Shown piece by piece: positions 28,502 to 38,398 of a stretch of 64,000 nt of DNA. The stretch comes from an uncultured Candidatus Kuenenia sp. GTDB taxonomy: Bacteria > Planctomycetota > Planctomycetia > Pirellulales > UBA1268. Position 1 is the stretch's first letter, and each line of letters begins with the position of its first letter. The DNA lies in contig CAZOMJ010000045.1 in the NCBI GenBank assembly GCA_964581055.1, forward strand, positions 581 through 64,580, read 5' to 3'. The position numbers were made by a program, and so were the translations under genes. Under the pieces are notes generated by a model. The model saw only the letters and a list, made by a program, of their open reading frames with translations, made no database searches and was not told the origin of the DNA.

Positions 28502-29656
28502 ATGCAACAGTTCGATGTGATCGTGATCGGCACGGGCGGCATGGGAGCCGCCGCCCTCATGCACTTGGCCGCCCGCGGCGCCCGCGTCTGCGGGCTCGAC
28601 CGCTTTCCGCCGGGCCATGACCGAGGCAGTTCCCACGGACAGACACGGCTCATCCGCCTCGCCTATTTTGAGCATCCGGATTACGTGCCGCTGCTGCGTC
28701 GCGCGTATCAACTCTGGCACGAGTTGGAGACGATGTCGGGGAGACCGCTGCTGGTCGAGTCGGGCCTGCTCATGGCCGGACCGCCGGACGGCGAGGTGGT
28801 GGCGGGAGCGATCGCCTCGGCCGAGATCCACAGCCTGCCGATCGAACGCCTGTCCAGCCGCGAAGCCATGGCCCGCTGGCCCTGCATTCGGCTGCCGGAT
28901 GAATGGGCCGCGGTTCACGAGGTTCGTGGCGGCTATCTGTTCGTGGAGGAGTGCGTCAGGGCCCACGCGGCGGAGGCCGTGCGACTGGGAGCCCGCATCG
29001 ATCATGGCGCGGTTGTCCGCGGCTGGCGGGCGGTTGGGCATGACGGAAGCCATGGTCATGTCGTCGTGGAGACCGACCGGGGCAGCTACTCCGCCGCCGC
29101 ATTGGTGGTCACCGCAGGTGCCTGGGCGGCTGACCTGCTCCAGCTGCCATCGCTGCCGCTGCGGGTGCTCCGCAAATCGCTGTTCTGGTACGAGCCCAAC
29201 GCCGCTGGCCGCGGCGAATATGCCGCGGGCAACCTGCCCTGCTTCGCCTTCGACGGACCTGACGGCTTCTTCTACGGCTTTCCCAGGCTCGACGAGCGAG
29301 GCGTGAAGATCGCCGAGCACAGCGGAGGAACACCCGTCGATGATCCGCTGGCAGTCGACCGCGGGATCGACGCTCGGGAGCGGGCGCGGGTCGAAGCGGT
29401 GCTCGAAACCCACCTGCCGGGGGTGCGAGGACGGCTGACCGACCACGCGGCGTGCCTGTACACCATGTCGCCGGACGGCCATTTTGTCATCGGCCTCCAT
29501 CCGCAGCATGCGCGGGTGGCCATCGCCGCCGGCTTCTCCGGCCATGGATTCAAGTTCGCCAGCGTGATGGGCGAAGTCCTCGCCGACCTCGCCCTCGACG
29601 GAAAAACGCCCCATCCGATCGGATTTCTGTCGCCCGAACGGTTCTGCACGAACTAA
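28502..29656 (+). CDS. FAD-dependent N-methyl-L-tryptophan/sarcosine oxidase-like oxidoreductase
   Basis: FAD fingerprint FDVIVIGTGGMGAAALMHLAARG. Also GSSHGQTRLIR and C-terminal GFSGHGFKFASVMGEVLADLALDG. Confidence 0.75.
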   Translation: MQQFDVIVIGTGGMGAAALMHLAARGARVCGLDRFPPGHDRGSSHGQTRLIRLAYFEHPDYVPLLRRAYQLWHELETMSGRPLLVESGLLMAGPPDGEVVAGAIASAEIHSLPIERLSSREAMARWPCIRLPDEWAAVHEVRGGYLFVEECVRAHAAEAVRLGARIDHGAVVRGWRAVGHDGSHGHVVVETDRGSYSAAALVVTAGAWAADLLQLPSLPLRVLRKSLFWYEPNAAGRGEYAAGNLPCFAFDGPDGFFYGFPRLDERGVKIAEHSGGTPVDDPLAVDRGIDARERARVEAVLETHLPGVRGRLTDHAACLYTMSPDGHFVIGLHPQHARVAIAAGFSGHGFKFASVMGEVLADLALDGKTPHPIGFLSPERFCTN

Positions 29657-29681
29657 TACACAGCCACAAACGGGGGGGGGG

Positions 29682-29693
29682 GGCGCAGCGTGC
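29682..29693. repeat. G12 homopolymer tract in an intergenic spacer
   Basis: Read directly: acgggggggggggggcgc, lying between the stop at 29656 and the start at 29825. Confidence 0.9.
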
Positions 29694-29824
29694 CGCCCTG
29701 TCAGCAGTCCGACCCCCAGACGCGGGCACTTTCCCAACTTTGTTGGCCCCACTCCAACCTGCACGAAAGTCTGCCGATAAACTATTATTTGGGGTGGTTC
29801 GAACCTAAGGATTGGATCGGTGGT

Positions 29825-31102
29825 ATGCCCGCGTTGAACACCAGTTTCTGCTTCCTGGCCTCCTGCTGTCTGCTTGCAGCGGCTGCCGCATTCGAGACCT
29901 CGGCCGGAGAGTGGCCGCAGATTCTCGGGCCCGACCGCAACGGCATCGCGGCGAACGACGAGGTCCTCGTCGACGAATGGCCCACGGGCGGTCCCTACAC
30001 ACTCTGGCAGCGGGATGTTGGCAGCGGCTACGCGGGAGTGGCAGTGGCCGACAAACGGACCGTGTTGTTCCACCGGGTGCAAGGCAACGAGGTCACGGAG
30101 GCGCTCGACGCCGCGACCGGAAAAACGCTCTGGACGGATGAGCATCCGACGACGTTCAAGCCGGATGTGGGCAGCGGCGATGGGCCACTCTGCGTGCCTG
30201 TGATTCAGGGCGGTCACGTGTTCACGTTCGGCGTTGAGGGAGTGCTCACGTGTCTCGATGCCGCCACGGGCAAGCGGTTGTGGCGGCGGGACACGCATGC
30301 CGACTTCGGTGCGCAGCCAGGCTATTTCGGCGCCGGCAGTTCGCCGATCGTGGCCGGCAAGTTGGTGATCGTGAACGTCGGAGGCGCAAAGAACGAAGCC
30401 GGCATCGTCGCCTTTTCGGTCGCCACGGGAGAAACGGTCTGGACGAAGACCGGCGAGCGAGCGAGCTACTCCTCGCCGGTGCTCGTCTCGATTGCCGACG
30501 TGCCGCACCTGTTGATCATCACGCGTTACCGGGTGATCCTTCTCGATCCGGCGACTGGCGCGATCCGCTGGCAGTTTGCCTTCGGCGCCCGCGGCCCCAC
30601 GGTGAATGCGGCCAACCCGCTCGCGCTTGCCGACAAGAACGGCAAGCCCCATCTGCTCGTGACGGCATCCTATGGAATCGGCTCGCTGTATGGATCGTTC
30701 GACAAGGCCGGCATGACGAAGGTCTGGGCCGGCACCGAGTCGCTGGCCACCCAATACTGCACGCCCATCGCACGCGGCGGCTTCCTGTTCGCCATCGATG
30801 GCCGCGATGACGGCCCCCCGGGCGAATTCAAGTGCATCCAGCAGGCAACCGGCGAGGTCATCTGGAAAGAGCCCAATTTCGGCTACGGCTCCTTGATCTT
30901 CGCCGACGGCAAGATCATCGCCACGAAGGTCGACGGCGAACTGGTGCTCATCAAGCCCGACGCGGCAGGTCTGCATGTGCTCGCAAGGGCCAGGCCGTTT
31001 ACGGGCACGCTCCGCGCCCTGCCCGCCCTCGCGGCGGGCAAACTCTATCTCCGCGACGAACACACGCTCAAGTGTCTGAGTGTGAAGCCCCGCGTGCGCT
31101 GA
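29825..31102 (+). CDS. Secreted PQQ-like beta-propeller repeat protein
   Basis: Internal ATG at 29825 gives the signal MPALNTSFCFLASCCLLAAAAA. GEWPQILGPDRNG parallels the N-terminus of the 15115 gene. Repeated blade motifs (G..W, ATG..LW). Confidence 0.7.
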   Translation: MPALNTSFCFLASCCLLAAAAAFETSAGEWPQILGPDRNGIAANDEVLVDEWPTGGPYTLWQRDVGSGYAGVAVADKRTVLFHRVQGNEVTEALDAATGKTLWTDEHPTTFKPDVGSGDGPLCVPVIQGGHVFTFGVEGVLTCLDAATGKRLWRRDTHADFGAQPGYFGAGSSPIVAGKLVIVNVGGAKNEAGIVAFSVATGETVWTKTGERASYSSPVLVSIADVPHLLIITRYRVILLDPATGAIRWQFAFGARGPTVNAANPLALADKNGKPHLLVTASYGIGSLYGSFDKAGMTKVWAGTESLATQYCTPIARGGFLFAIDGRDDGPPGEFKCIQQATGEVIWKEPNFGYGSLIFADGKIIATKVDGELVLIKPDAAGLHVLARARPFTGTLRALPALAAGKLYLRDEHTLKCLSVKPRVR

Positions 31103-31150
31103 CCGTCCGCGGACACCGCTATCCTCATCAACGGGCCCACGTCTCGTCAT

Positions 31151-31173
31151 GGGGCGCAGGTTTTCAACGTGCC
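31151..31173 (+). repeat. Degenerate copy of the core intergenic hairpin
   Basis: GGGGCGCAGGTTTTCAACGTGCC, versus the consensus GTGGCGGCAnGTTTTCAACnTGCC. It lies between convergent stops at 31102 and 31234. Confidence 0.6.
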
Positions 31174-31233
31174 GTGCGGATTCGTGCCGTTAGTGCGAGC
31201 GCACGTTCGCCGTCTGCGGCCGTCTACCGCCGG

Positions 31234-32088
31234 CTACCCGCGGCTTCGCCAGGCTTCGGCGAGCAGGATGCCGCAGGCGACCGAAACGTTGAGGCTTTCC
31301 ACGGCACCGGTACCAGGAATCTGGACGGCCTCGTCGGCCAGGGCCGCAATCGGCTTCGACACGCCCTCCCCTTCGCTGCCGAGCACCAGCACGATCTTGC
31401 CACCAAGACTCTTCGGTGAGACCGGCTTGCCGCGGTGACTCGATGTCGCCACCACGCGGAATCCCAACTGCTTCAGCCGCGTCAGATCCGCCCGCGGGTC
31501 GGCGAGATCGCAGACAGGCACGTGCTCGGCTGCCCCTTCCGCCACGCGAACGGCAGCCGGCGACAGCGGTGGCAGATCGCCGCGGGCTCCCAGGACGGCG
31601 GCCGTGCCGAAGTGCGCCGCGGTCCGCAGGATGGCGCCGAGGTTGTGCGGGTTTTGCACGCCGTCAAGATACAGGAGCGGGCCCTTCAACCGCCGCTCGT
31701 CGATCGCCCTCAGCAGTTCCGGCATACCCCACCGCGGACAGGCACGGGCCAGGATGACGATCCCCTCGTGGTGCGTCGATTCACTGATGCGGGCGAGGTT
31801 TTCCTGCGGCACCACCTGAAAGCCCAGCCGGGCCTTCGCGCAGTGGTCGAGGAGCGCGGCGAAGTGCCGGCGGCGTTCCTCCGCGACGTAGACGCGGATG
31901 ATGTCTCCGGGTCGGCGGGCAAAGAGAGCCTCGCAGGCGCGAACACCGTGATACTTCTCCTCGGCTTTGCTCCGATGGCGTGCCGATGGACGCTGCGGCC
32001 TGCGGGTCGCCGACCTGCTGCCCTCGTGTGCGGCGTGTGCGGCTGCGGGGCCTGCGGGACGACGCGGCGACGGGCGAGAACGCTTCAT
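31234..32088 (-). CDS. SpoU/TrmH-family RNA 2'-O-methyltransferase with an Arg-rich N-terminal extension
   Basis: Motifs PHNLGAILRTAAHFG, LVLGSEGEGVS, ESLNVSVACGILLAE. The ATG at 32088 overlaps the stop of the upstream gene (ATGA). Confidence 0.75.
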   Translation of the reverse strand: MKRSRPSPRRPAGPAAAHAAHEGSRSATRRPQRPSARHRSKAEEKYHGVRACEALFARRPGDIIRVYVAEERRRHFAALLDHCAKARLGFQVVPQENLARISESTHHEGIVILARACPRWGMPELLRAIDERRLKGPLLYLDGVQNPHNLGAILRTAAHFGTAAVLGARGDLPPLSPAAVRVAEGAAEHVPVCDLADPRADLTRLKQLGFRVVATSSHRGKPVSPKSLGGKIVLVLGSEGEGVSKPIAALADEAVQIPGTGAVESLNVSVACGILLAEAWRSRG

Positions 32089-32948
32089 GGTGTGGTAGGC
32101 GATGTGTTCGCTGACGGCTCGACGTCGGCCGGCCCGCTCCGCAGGCGCTCGACGCGGTCGAGTTCCTCGCGGAGGTCGGTCGACAGGTTGACGCCGTTGA
32201 AGTCGGCCGACTCGTCGAGTTTCACCAGCCAACTGCCGCAGACGTCATAGCGGATCGTACCACCGCGCAGGTGACAGTCGAGCACATGGCCTCCGCTGCG
32301 GCGGTCCGCGGCCAGAAAATGCCAGTGGTAGCCGGGCACGGTGATGCCGTGGGCCCACCGCGGGCTGCGGATGCCCACGAATGTTCCTCGCAGGTTCTCC
32401 CGTTTCCACACCGACTGAAAATCGCTGCGCGAGTTGATGGGCCGGTAGGGCTTCGACTGCGCATGCACGCTGCGAAGCGTGATCGCAGCCAGTTCGGCGT
32501 CGATCCGCACCGCGACGAAGTTGTTGGGGTGAGCGACCACGGTCTCGAGCCGCCGCTCGAGCTCGGCGAGCGAATCGACCGCCGGGCAGGGCAGTTCACC
32601 ATCCCGGTCGAAGGGCGTGACCACGGCAAAGGGTATGGTGGCCTCGGCCCCGACCTCGACCACGGCCCCGTCGCTCTTGATCTGATAGCCCTTGCCGTCG
32701 AGCACGATCAGTTCGCCATCGAGCCTGTCGAGCGTGCCCAGCCCGAAGTCGCCGTCGGCCAGCAGGCCCGCGAACGGCACCTTGCCCTCGAATTGCCCGA
32801 GCAGCAGCGCGTTGATGACCGACACCTGCGTGATCCGGTCCCGGTCCGGCTCGCCGGCGGCGGGTTGTTCCGCCGAAACCGGCCTGCCAATGGCCACCGC
32901 GACGCAACAGAGCAGCGACAGCCTCAGCGTCCAGTGCCGCATGGTCAT
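32085..32948 (-). CDS. budA: Alpha-acetolactate decarboxylase with an N-terminal signal peptide
   Basis: ITQVSVINALLLGQFEGKVPFAGLLADGDFGLGTLDRLDGELIVLDGKGYQ matches the conserved ALDC N-terminal core. Also PGYHWHFL. Signal-like MTMRHWTLRLSLLCCVAVAIGRPVSA. Confidence 0.75.
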   Translation of the reverse strand: MTMRHWTLRLSLLCCVAVAIGRPVSAEQPAAGEPDRDRITQVSVINALLLGQFEGKVPFAGLLADGDFGLGTLDRLDGELIVLDGKGYQIKSDGAVVEVGAEATIPFAVVTPFDRDGELPCPAVDSLAELERRLETVVAHPNNFVAVRIDAELAAITLRSVHAQSKPYRPINSRSDFQSVWKRENLRGTFVGIRSPRWAHGITVPGYHWHFLAADRRSGGHVLDCHLRGGTIRYDVCGSWLVKLDESADFNGVNLSTDLREELDRVERLRSGPADVEPSANTSPTTP

Positions 32949-32978
32949 CCTCCCCTCTCGTACCCGTCACTGTGGCGA

Positions 32979-33950
32979 TCAGTCATTGACGACATGCTGC
33001 GGCCGGCCCGCCACGAAGGCCCGAAGGTTGGCGGCCGTCACCTCGATCAGCCGACGCCGGGCATTCGGCGTGGCCCAGGCGATGTGCGGCGTGATGATGC
33101 AGTTGCGGGCCGTGAGCAATGGATTCGACGCCGGTGGCGGTTCTACCGAAAGCACGTCGAGGCCCGCCCCGGCGATCCGGCCCTGGTCGAGCGCGGCCGC
33201 CAGATCGGCCTCGTTGACGAGCGGCCCACGGGAGGTGTTGATCAGAAACGCCGTCGGCTTCATGAGGCCGATCGTCTTCGCATTGATCAGACCCCGAGTA
33301 TCGGGCGTGAGCGGGCAGTGCAGGCTGACCACGTCGCTCTCGCGGAGCAGTGTCGGCAGATCGACGATCGTCACGGCGTCGTCGCCGGCAGCAGCTGCAG
33401 ATGACCGTCGATGGGCCAGCACCCGCATCCCGAACGCCCGGCCGACCGCGGCCACCGACCGGCCGATCCGTCCGTAGCCGACGAGCCCGAGCGTGAGCCC
33501 GGCCAACTCCACCAATTCCCCGTCCCAGTAGCAGAAATCCTCGCATGCCGACCAGCGGCCCGCCCGGACGGTCTGTGCATGGTGGCCGGTGTGGTTGGTG
33601 AGTTCGAGCAGCAGGGCGAACACGGCCTGCGCGACGTTCGGCGTGCTGTATTCCGGAACGTTGCAGACCGGTATGCCCCGCTCCTTCGCCGCCTCGACGT
33701 CCACGATGTTGTAGCCCGTTGCGAGCACGCCGATGCACTTGAGCCGGGGCAGTGCCGCGATCGCCTCGCGGGAAATCGCCGTCTTGTTGGTGAGAACGAC
33801 ATCCGCATCACGGGCCCGTGCCACGACATCGGCGGCGGCCGTCCGCGGGTACACGGTCACCGGGCCGATCTCCTCGATCTGCGACCAGCTGAGATCTCCA
33901 GGATTGGCCGTGTGGCCGTCGAGAATCACGATCGTGCATGGGTGTGTCAT
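32979..33950 (-). CDS. D-isomer-specific 2-hydroxyacid dehydrogenase (glycerate dehydrogenase-like)
   Basis: NAD-binding LGLVGYGRIGRSVA. Catalytic region NTSRGPLV..LDVLSVEPP..ITPHIAWAT. Start taken at the ATG at 33950. Confidence 0.8.
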   Translation of the reverse strand: MTHPCTIVILDGHTANPGDLSWSQIEEIGPVTVYPRTAAADVVARARDADVVLTNKTAISREAIAALPRLKCIGVLATGYNIVDVEAAKERGIPVCNVPEYSTPNVAQAVFALLLELTNHTGHHAQTVRAGRWSACEDFCYWDGELVELAGLTLGLVGYGRIGRSVAAVGRAFGMRVLAHRRSSAAAAGDDAVTIVDLPTLLRESDVVSLHCPLTPDTRGLINAKTIGLMKPTAFLINTSRGPLVNEADLAAALDQGRIAGAGLDVLSVEPPPASNPLLTARNCIITPHIAWATPNARRRLIEVTAANLRAFVAGRPQHVVND

Positions 33951-34127
33951 GGCGACAGAGGATAGCAGGATCACGCGGCCGATGGGGAGCGCCTCCGATT
34001 CACAAGCCTGAAAGTGTCCGGCGAATTGTCCGCGGCTCGTGCGGCCGGCACCGAGCGGCTTGCTTCAGCGGGAGGGGCACCGCAAGGTTGACCGTTCCGG
34101 TGTCATGAGGCCGCAGAGATCCCTCCC

Positions 34128-35297
34128 ATGCCCCCCTGCACGCCCGCGGTCGGCTCCCTGGTCTGGCTCGACCGGCCGTCGTTGCAATCCTTGATCGACA
34201 CACTGCTTGCGCAGGGGCATCGGGTCGTGGGGCCGCAGGTGGCGGACGGGGCGGTGGTCTACCGCGACCTTGCCGACGTGAACCAGCTTCCAGAAGGCTG
34301 GATCGACGAGCAGGATGGCGGCAGCTACCGGCTGCGGCGCGACGATGCCGCCGGCTGGTTCGACCATGTCGTGGGCCCGCACTCCCTCAAGAATTTTCTC
34401 TTTCCGCCGCGGGAGACGATCCAGCGGCTGGTGCGTGAGGAGGGCACCTGGCGGGACGAGCCACTCCCCGACGGGCAGCAGCCGCTGGCCGTGATCGGCG
34501 TGCGGGCCTGCGATCTCGCGGCCTTGCGAGTGCAGGACAGAGTGTTCCTCGAAGGCTCCCACGTCGACCTCGCCTATCAGTCGCGACGCGAGAAGCTCTT
34601 CGTCGTGGCCGTGAACTGCCGCCGGGCGGCTGCCACCTGCTTCTGCCACTCGATGCAGTGCGGGCCCGTCGTCACGCACAGCTTCGATCTCGCGCTCACG
34701 GAGAGCGGCGATCGCTTCGCCGTCGAGATCGGCTCGGAGCGGGGCGGCGAGATGCTTGGCGGCCTTGGTTCCGCGGGCGTGCTCACGCCCTGCACCGCAG
34801 TCGAGGCCGACCACGTGCGGGCCATTCCTCGCGACCTCGAACGCACGATGCACGACCGCGTGGCCAAGGCCGGCGAGCCGCGGCCGCGGTCCCTCGACAC
34901 CGACACCATCCGCGATCTGCTCTACGACAATCTCGAACATCCCCGCTGGCAGCAGGTAGCCGACCGCTGCCTGTCGTGTGCCAACTGCACACTCGTCTGC
35001 CCGACCTGCTTCTGCAGCTCGGTCGAGGAGGTCGCCGACCTCTCCGGTGACCATGTCGCCCGGGACCGTCGCTGGGCCTCGTGCTTCACGCTCGCGCACT
35101 CGCAGATGCATGGAGGCGCCGCCCGACCGACGGTGGCCTCGCGCTACCGGCAGTGGCTCACACACAAACTCGCCGGCTGGATCGACCAATTCGGAACGTC
35201 GGGCTGCACCGGCTGCGGCCGCTGCATCACGTGGTGCCCCGTTGCCATCGATCTCACGGAGGAGGTCGCGGCGATCCGAGAAACGGCACCACCATGA
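34128..35297 (+). CDS. hyhB: Group-3b-type [NiFe] hydrogenase beta subunit (AsrA-like Fe-S protein)
   Basis: Cys clusters [13 protein letters not shown] and [29 protein letters not shown]. First gene of a four-gene set with ATGA/GTGA overlaps. Confidence 0.65.
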   Translation: MPPCTPAVGSLVWLDRPSLQSLIDTLLAQGHRVVGPQVADGAVVYRDLADVNQLPEGWIDEQDGGSYRLRRDDAAGWFDHVVGPHSLKNFLFPPRETIQRLVREEGTWRDEPLPDGQQPLAVIGVRACDLAALRVQDRVFLEGSHVDLAYQSRREKLFVVAVNCRRAAATCFCHSMQCGPVVTHSFDLALTESGDRFAVEIGSERGGEMLGGLGSAGVLTPCTAVEADHVRAIPRDLERTMHDRVAKAGEPRPRSLDTDTIRDLLYDNLEHPRWQQVADRCLSCANCTLVCPTCFCSSVEEVADLSGDHVARDRRWASCFTLAHSQMHGGAARPTVASRYRQWLTHKLAGWIDQFGTSGCTGCGRCITWCPVAIDLTEEVAAIRETAPP

Positions 35298-36184
35298 AGA
35301 GCACGCTCGCCAAGCCGTCACCGATGACACCCGTTCAGAGTGCCCGAGGCCCCGATCCATCGCCGTGGCACCTCACCGCAACCCGCATTGCCGCCATCCG
35401 CGAGGAAGCCCCGGGCGTGCGCACCTACGCGCTCGACCTCATGGCCCGCGGCCCGCGGCCGCCCTATCGCTTCGCCGCCGGACAGTTCAACATGGTCTCG
35501 CTGCCCGGCATCGGCGAGGCGGCGATCTCGATCAGCTCCGATCCCGAGTCTCTCTCTGGCATCGCCCACACGGTGCGTGCGGTCGGGAACGTCACCCGGG
35601 CGCTCGCACGACTCGACGTCGGCGACGAACTGCTCCTCCGCGGACCATTTGGCGTTCCCTGGCCGCTCGACGCGCTCCGTGATCGCGACGTCGTCTTCAT
35701 CAGCGGTGGCCTGGGCCTCGCGTCGCTCCTCTCGGCGATCTCGTTCTGCATGGTGCACCGCAGCAGCTATGGGCGGATCGCTGTGTTGCACGGCACCCGA
35801 ACCCCGGCAGACCTGCTCGCCACCCGCGAGCATCACCGCTGGCGCGAGCACGGCATCGACGTGCGCTGCATCGTCACCGACCCCGACGCCCGCTGGCAGG
35901 GCCGGGTCGGTCTCGTGCCGCTGCTCCTCGACGGCCTCGACCTCGATCCGAATACCACCAGCCTCCTCTGCTGCGGTCCGGAACCGATGATGGTGGCGGT
36001 GGCGGAGCAGGCGATTGCCCGTGGCATCGCCCCCGAGCAGGTCTTCGTGTCGATCGAACGACTGATGGGCTGCGGGTCGGGCCTCTGCGGGCTCTGCCAG
36101 CTCGGGCCTTTCTTCGTCTGCCGGGACGGCCCGGTGTTTTCCTATGACCGGATCGCCCGTTGGCTGGCAGTGCCGCATCTGTAA
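35294..36184 (+). CDS. hyhG: Group-3b-type [NiFe] hydrogenase gamma subunit (FAD/NAD(P)-binding, 2Fe-2S)
   Basis: Ferredoxin-reductase-like fold motifs ([32 protein letters not shown]). C-terminal cluster [12 protein letters not shown]. The ATG at 35294 overlaps the upstream stop. Confidence 0.65.
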   Translation: MKSTLAKPSPMTPVQSARGPDPSPWHLTATRIAAIREEAPGVRTYALDLMARGPRPPYRFAAGQFNMVSLPGIGEAAISISSDPESLSGIAHTVRAVGNVTRALARLDVGDELLLRGPFGVPWPLDALRDRDVVFISGGLGLASLLSAISFCMVHRSSYGRIAVLHGTRTPADLLATREHHRWREHGIDVRCIVTDPDARWQGRVGLVPLLLDGLDLDPNTTSLLCCGPEPMMVAVAEQAIARGIAPEQVFVSIERLMGCGSGLCGLCQLGPFFVCRDGPVFSYDRIARWLAVPHL

Positions 36185-36194
36185 AGCGTGTGTC

Positions 36195-37004
36195 ATGCCG
36201 AGTGTTATGCCGAATAAGAAACCACGACTCGCCGTGTTCAAGTTTGCCTCCTGCGACGGCTGCCAGCTTCAGGTGCTCGACGCACACGACACGTTGCTGG
36301 CACTCGCGGACCGGGTCGAGATCGCGCACTTCCCGGAAGCCCGCTCGCAGTCGCTCGCCGGTCCGTATGACATCGGCCTGGTCGAGGGGTCGATCTCGAC
36401 TCCCGGTGATCTCGGCCGGGTCCAGGAGATCCGGCGAGCATGCCACTTTCTCGTGACGATCGGTGCCTGTGCGACGGCCGGCGGCATCCAGGCCCTGCGG
36501 AACTGGTGCCGGATCGACGAGGTCGCCGGGAGCGTCTATGCCTCGCCGGCGTACGTAGAGTCGCTCACGCACAGCACGCCGATCAGCGACCATGTGTCGG
36601 TCGACTTCGAACTCCGCGGCTGCCCAATCGACACCGGCCAGCTGGTGGAACTGATCACCGCGGTCGTCGTCGGCCGCCAGCCGCGAGTACCGCGGCACAG
36701 CGTCTGTGTCGAATGCAAGGAACGGGGCACCGTCTGCGTGGCGGTCGCGCGAGGCATCGCCTGCCTCGGGCCGGCCACGCAGGCGGGCTGCGGCGCCATC
36801 TGCCCAGCCCACGGCCGCGAATGCTTCGGCTGCTACGGCCCGGACGAACAGCCGAATCTCGTGAGCCTGACCGGCTTCTACGAACGCCGCGGCACGCCAC
36901 GGCCACACCTCGCGCGGCTGGTCCGGTCGTTCAACGCGTGGGCGCCTGACTTCCGGCGGGAGAGCGACCGGCTCGAGTCAGGGCCCGGGGGCGACACGCC
37001 GTGA
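36195..37004 (+). CDS. hyhS: [NiFe] hydrogenase small (delta) subunit
   Basis: KPRLAVFKFASCDGCQLQVLD, GACATAGGIQ and CVECKERGTVC are typical of the NuoB-like small subunits of cytosolic hydrogenases. An alternative start is at 36207. Confidence 0.7.
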   Translation: MPSVMPNKKPRLAVFKFASCDGCQLQVLDAHDTLLALADRVEIAHFPEARSQSLAGPYDIGLVEGSISTPGDLGRVQEIRRACHFLVTIGACATAGGIQALRNWCRIDEVAGSVYASPAYVESLTHSTPISDHVSVDFELRGCPIDTGQLVELITAVVVGRQPRVPRHSVCVECKERGTVCVAVARGIACLGPATQAGCGAICPAHGRECFGCYGPDEQPNLVSLTGFYERRGTPRPHLARLVRSFNAWAPDFRRESDRLESGPGGDTP

Positions 37005-38311
37005 ACGCTTCGCGAGAGTTGAGCGTGAAGTCCCTGACACGGGTCGAGGGAGCCGGCGGCCTGCGGGCGAGGATCACTGAAGGCCGCGTCGAACTGGTCG
37101 AGTTCAACATCTACGAACCGCCGCGGTTCTTCGAGCGGCTGCTCCGCGGGCGTGAGGTCCGCGAGGTGCCCGACATCGTGGCGCGGATCTGTGGCATCTG
37201 CCCGGTCGCCTACCAACTCACCGCCTGCCAGGCTCTTGAGTCGGCGCTCGGCATCGCCGTCGGGCCGGAGATTCGACTGCTGCGACGGCTCCTCGCATGC
37301 GGCGAGTGGATCCAGAGCCACGCGCTCCACATCCATCTTCTGCATGCCCCGGACTTCATCGGCTGCGACAGCTGCTTCACCTATCCCGCGGCGTACACGG
37401 GCTTGCTCGACCGGGGGCTGCGGATGAAGGCGATCGGCAGCCGGATCATCGAGGTGCTCGGCGGCCGCGCTGTGCATCCGGTCAACGTGGCCGTCGGCGG
37501 CTTTCACCGGGCACCCGATGCTGCGGAGGTTCGCAGGCTCATTCCCGACCTCGAGTGGGGCATGCACGCCGCAGTCGAAACGCTCGCGGTGGTCAGCCGC
37601 TTCACATTTCCGGATTTCTCGCAGCCGTATGAGTGCGTATCGCTGCGAGCTCCAGACGGCTACCCGATGAACGACGGCCGAATCGTGTCATCGACCGGCA
37701 CCGGGTCCCCGGTCCTCGACATTCCGATCAACGACTATCGCCGACACTTCGTGGAGCGGCAGGTGCCGCACAGCACCGCGCTGTCGAGCTTCATCGTGCC
37801 GGGCGACCGCCCCTATCTCTGTGGCCCGCTCTCTCGGCTCAACCACTGCCTCGCAGACCTGCCCGACGGAGCCCGACGGACCGCCGACACCTGCGGCATC
37901 CCGTGGCCGTCGCGCACTATCTTTCATTCGATTGCTGCACGGGCCATCGAGGTGGCGGCCGCCTTCGAGGAGGCCCTCGCCATCGCGCTGGCCTGCCACG
38001 CCTCGATCGCTCCCTGCCGGGTCGACTACGTGCCCCGCGCGGGCACGGGCTGCCATGCGACGGAGGCCCCGCGAGGCCTGCTCTTCCATCACTACGAAAT
38101 AGCAGACGACGGCCTCATCGCGGCGGCGACGATCATTCCCCCCACGAGCCAGAACCAGGCCCGCATCGAGGCCGACCTGCGGGCCTTGCTGCCGGGCCTG
38201 CTCTCCCTGCCGGATGACGAGGTGGCGATCAGGTGCGAGCACCTGATCCGCAGCTACGACCCCTGCATCAGTTGCGCGACGCATTTCCTCCGGCTCCACA
38301 TCGACCGATGA
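37001..38311 (+). CDS. hyhL: [NiFe] hydrogenase large (alpha) subunit
   Basis: N-terminal LTRVEG..; proximal Ni-binding ARICGICPVAY; C-terminal DPCISCATH followed by a short tail. The GTG start overlaps the small-subunit stop (GTGA). Confidence 0.8.
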   Translation: MNASRELSVKSLTRVEGAGGLRARITEGRVELVEFNIYEPPRFFERLLRGREVREVPDIVARICGICPVAYQLTACQALESALGIAVGPEIRLLRRLLACGEWIQSHALHIHLLHAPDFIGCDSCFTYPAAYTGLLDRGLRMKAIGSRIIEVLGGRAVHPVNVAVGGFHRAPDAAEVRRLIPDLEWGMHAAVETLAVVSRFTFPDFSQPYECVSLRAPDGYPMNDGRIVSSTGTGSPVLDIPINDYRRHFVERQVPHSTALSSFIVPGDRPYLCGPLSRLNHCLADLPDGARRTADTCGIPWPSRTIFHSIAARAIEVAAAFEEALAIALACHASIAPCRVDYVPRAGTGCHATEAPRGLLFHHYEIADDGLIAAATIIPPTSQNQARIEADLRALLPGLLSLPDDEVAIRCEHLIRSYDPCISCATHFLRLHIDR

Positions 38312-38398
38312 CACCCCCAACGCCAGAGTCGGAGTGCTTCCGACGGTTCGGCGCGGTCCATGCCCCGTCGCCGTAATAAGCGTCAGGTCCCTCCGAGT

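Noticed and set aside
26404-31150. Two long minus-strand ORFs (26404..28653, 749 aa; 28340..31150, 936 aa)
   Set aside because: They are antisense to the kinase, SolA-like oxidase and PQQ-propeller genes, all of which have clear family motifs. Composition is Arg/Gly-rich and no domain is recognisable.
37001-38311. Selenocysteine or recoding in the hydrogenase large subunit
   Set aside because: The frame is uninterrupted and the C-terminal motif reads DPCISCATH with Cys at both ligand positions. There is no in-frame TGA.
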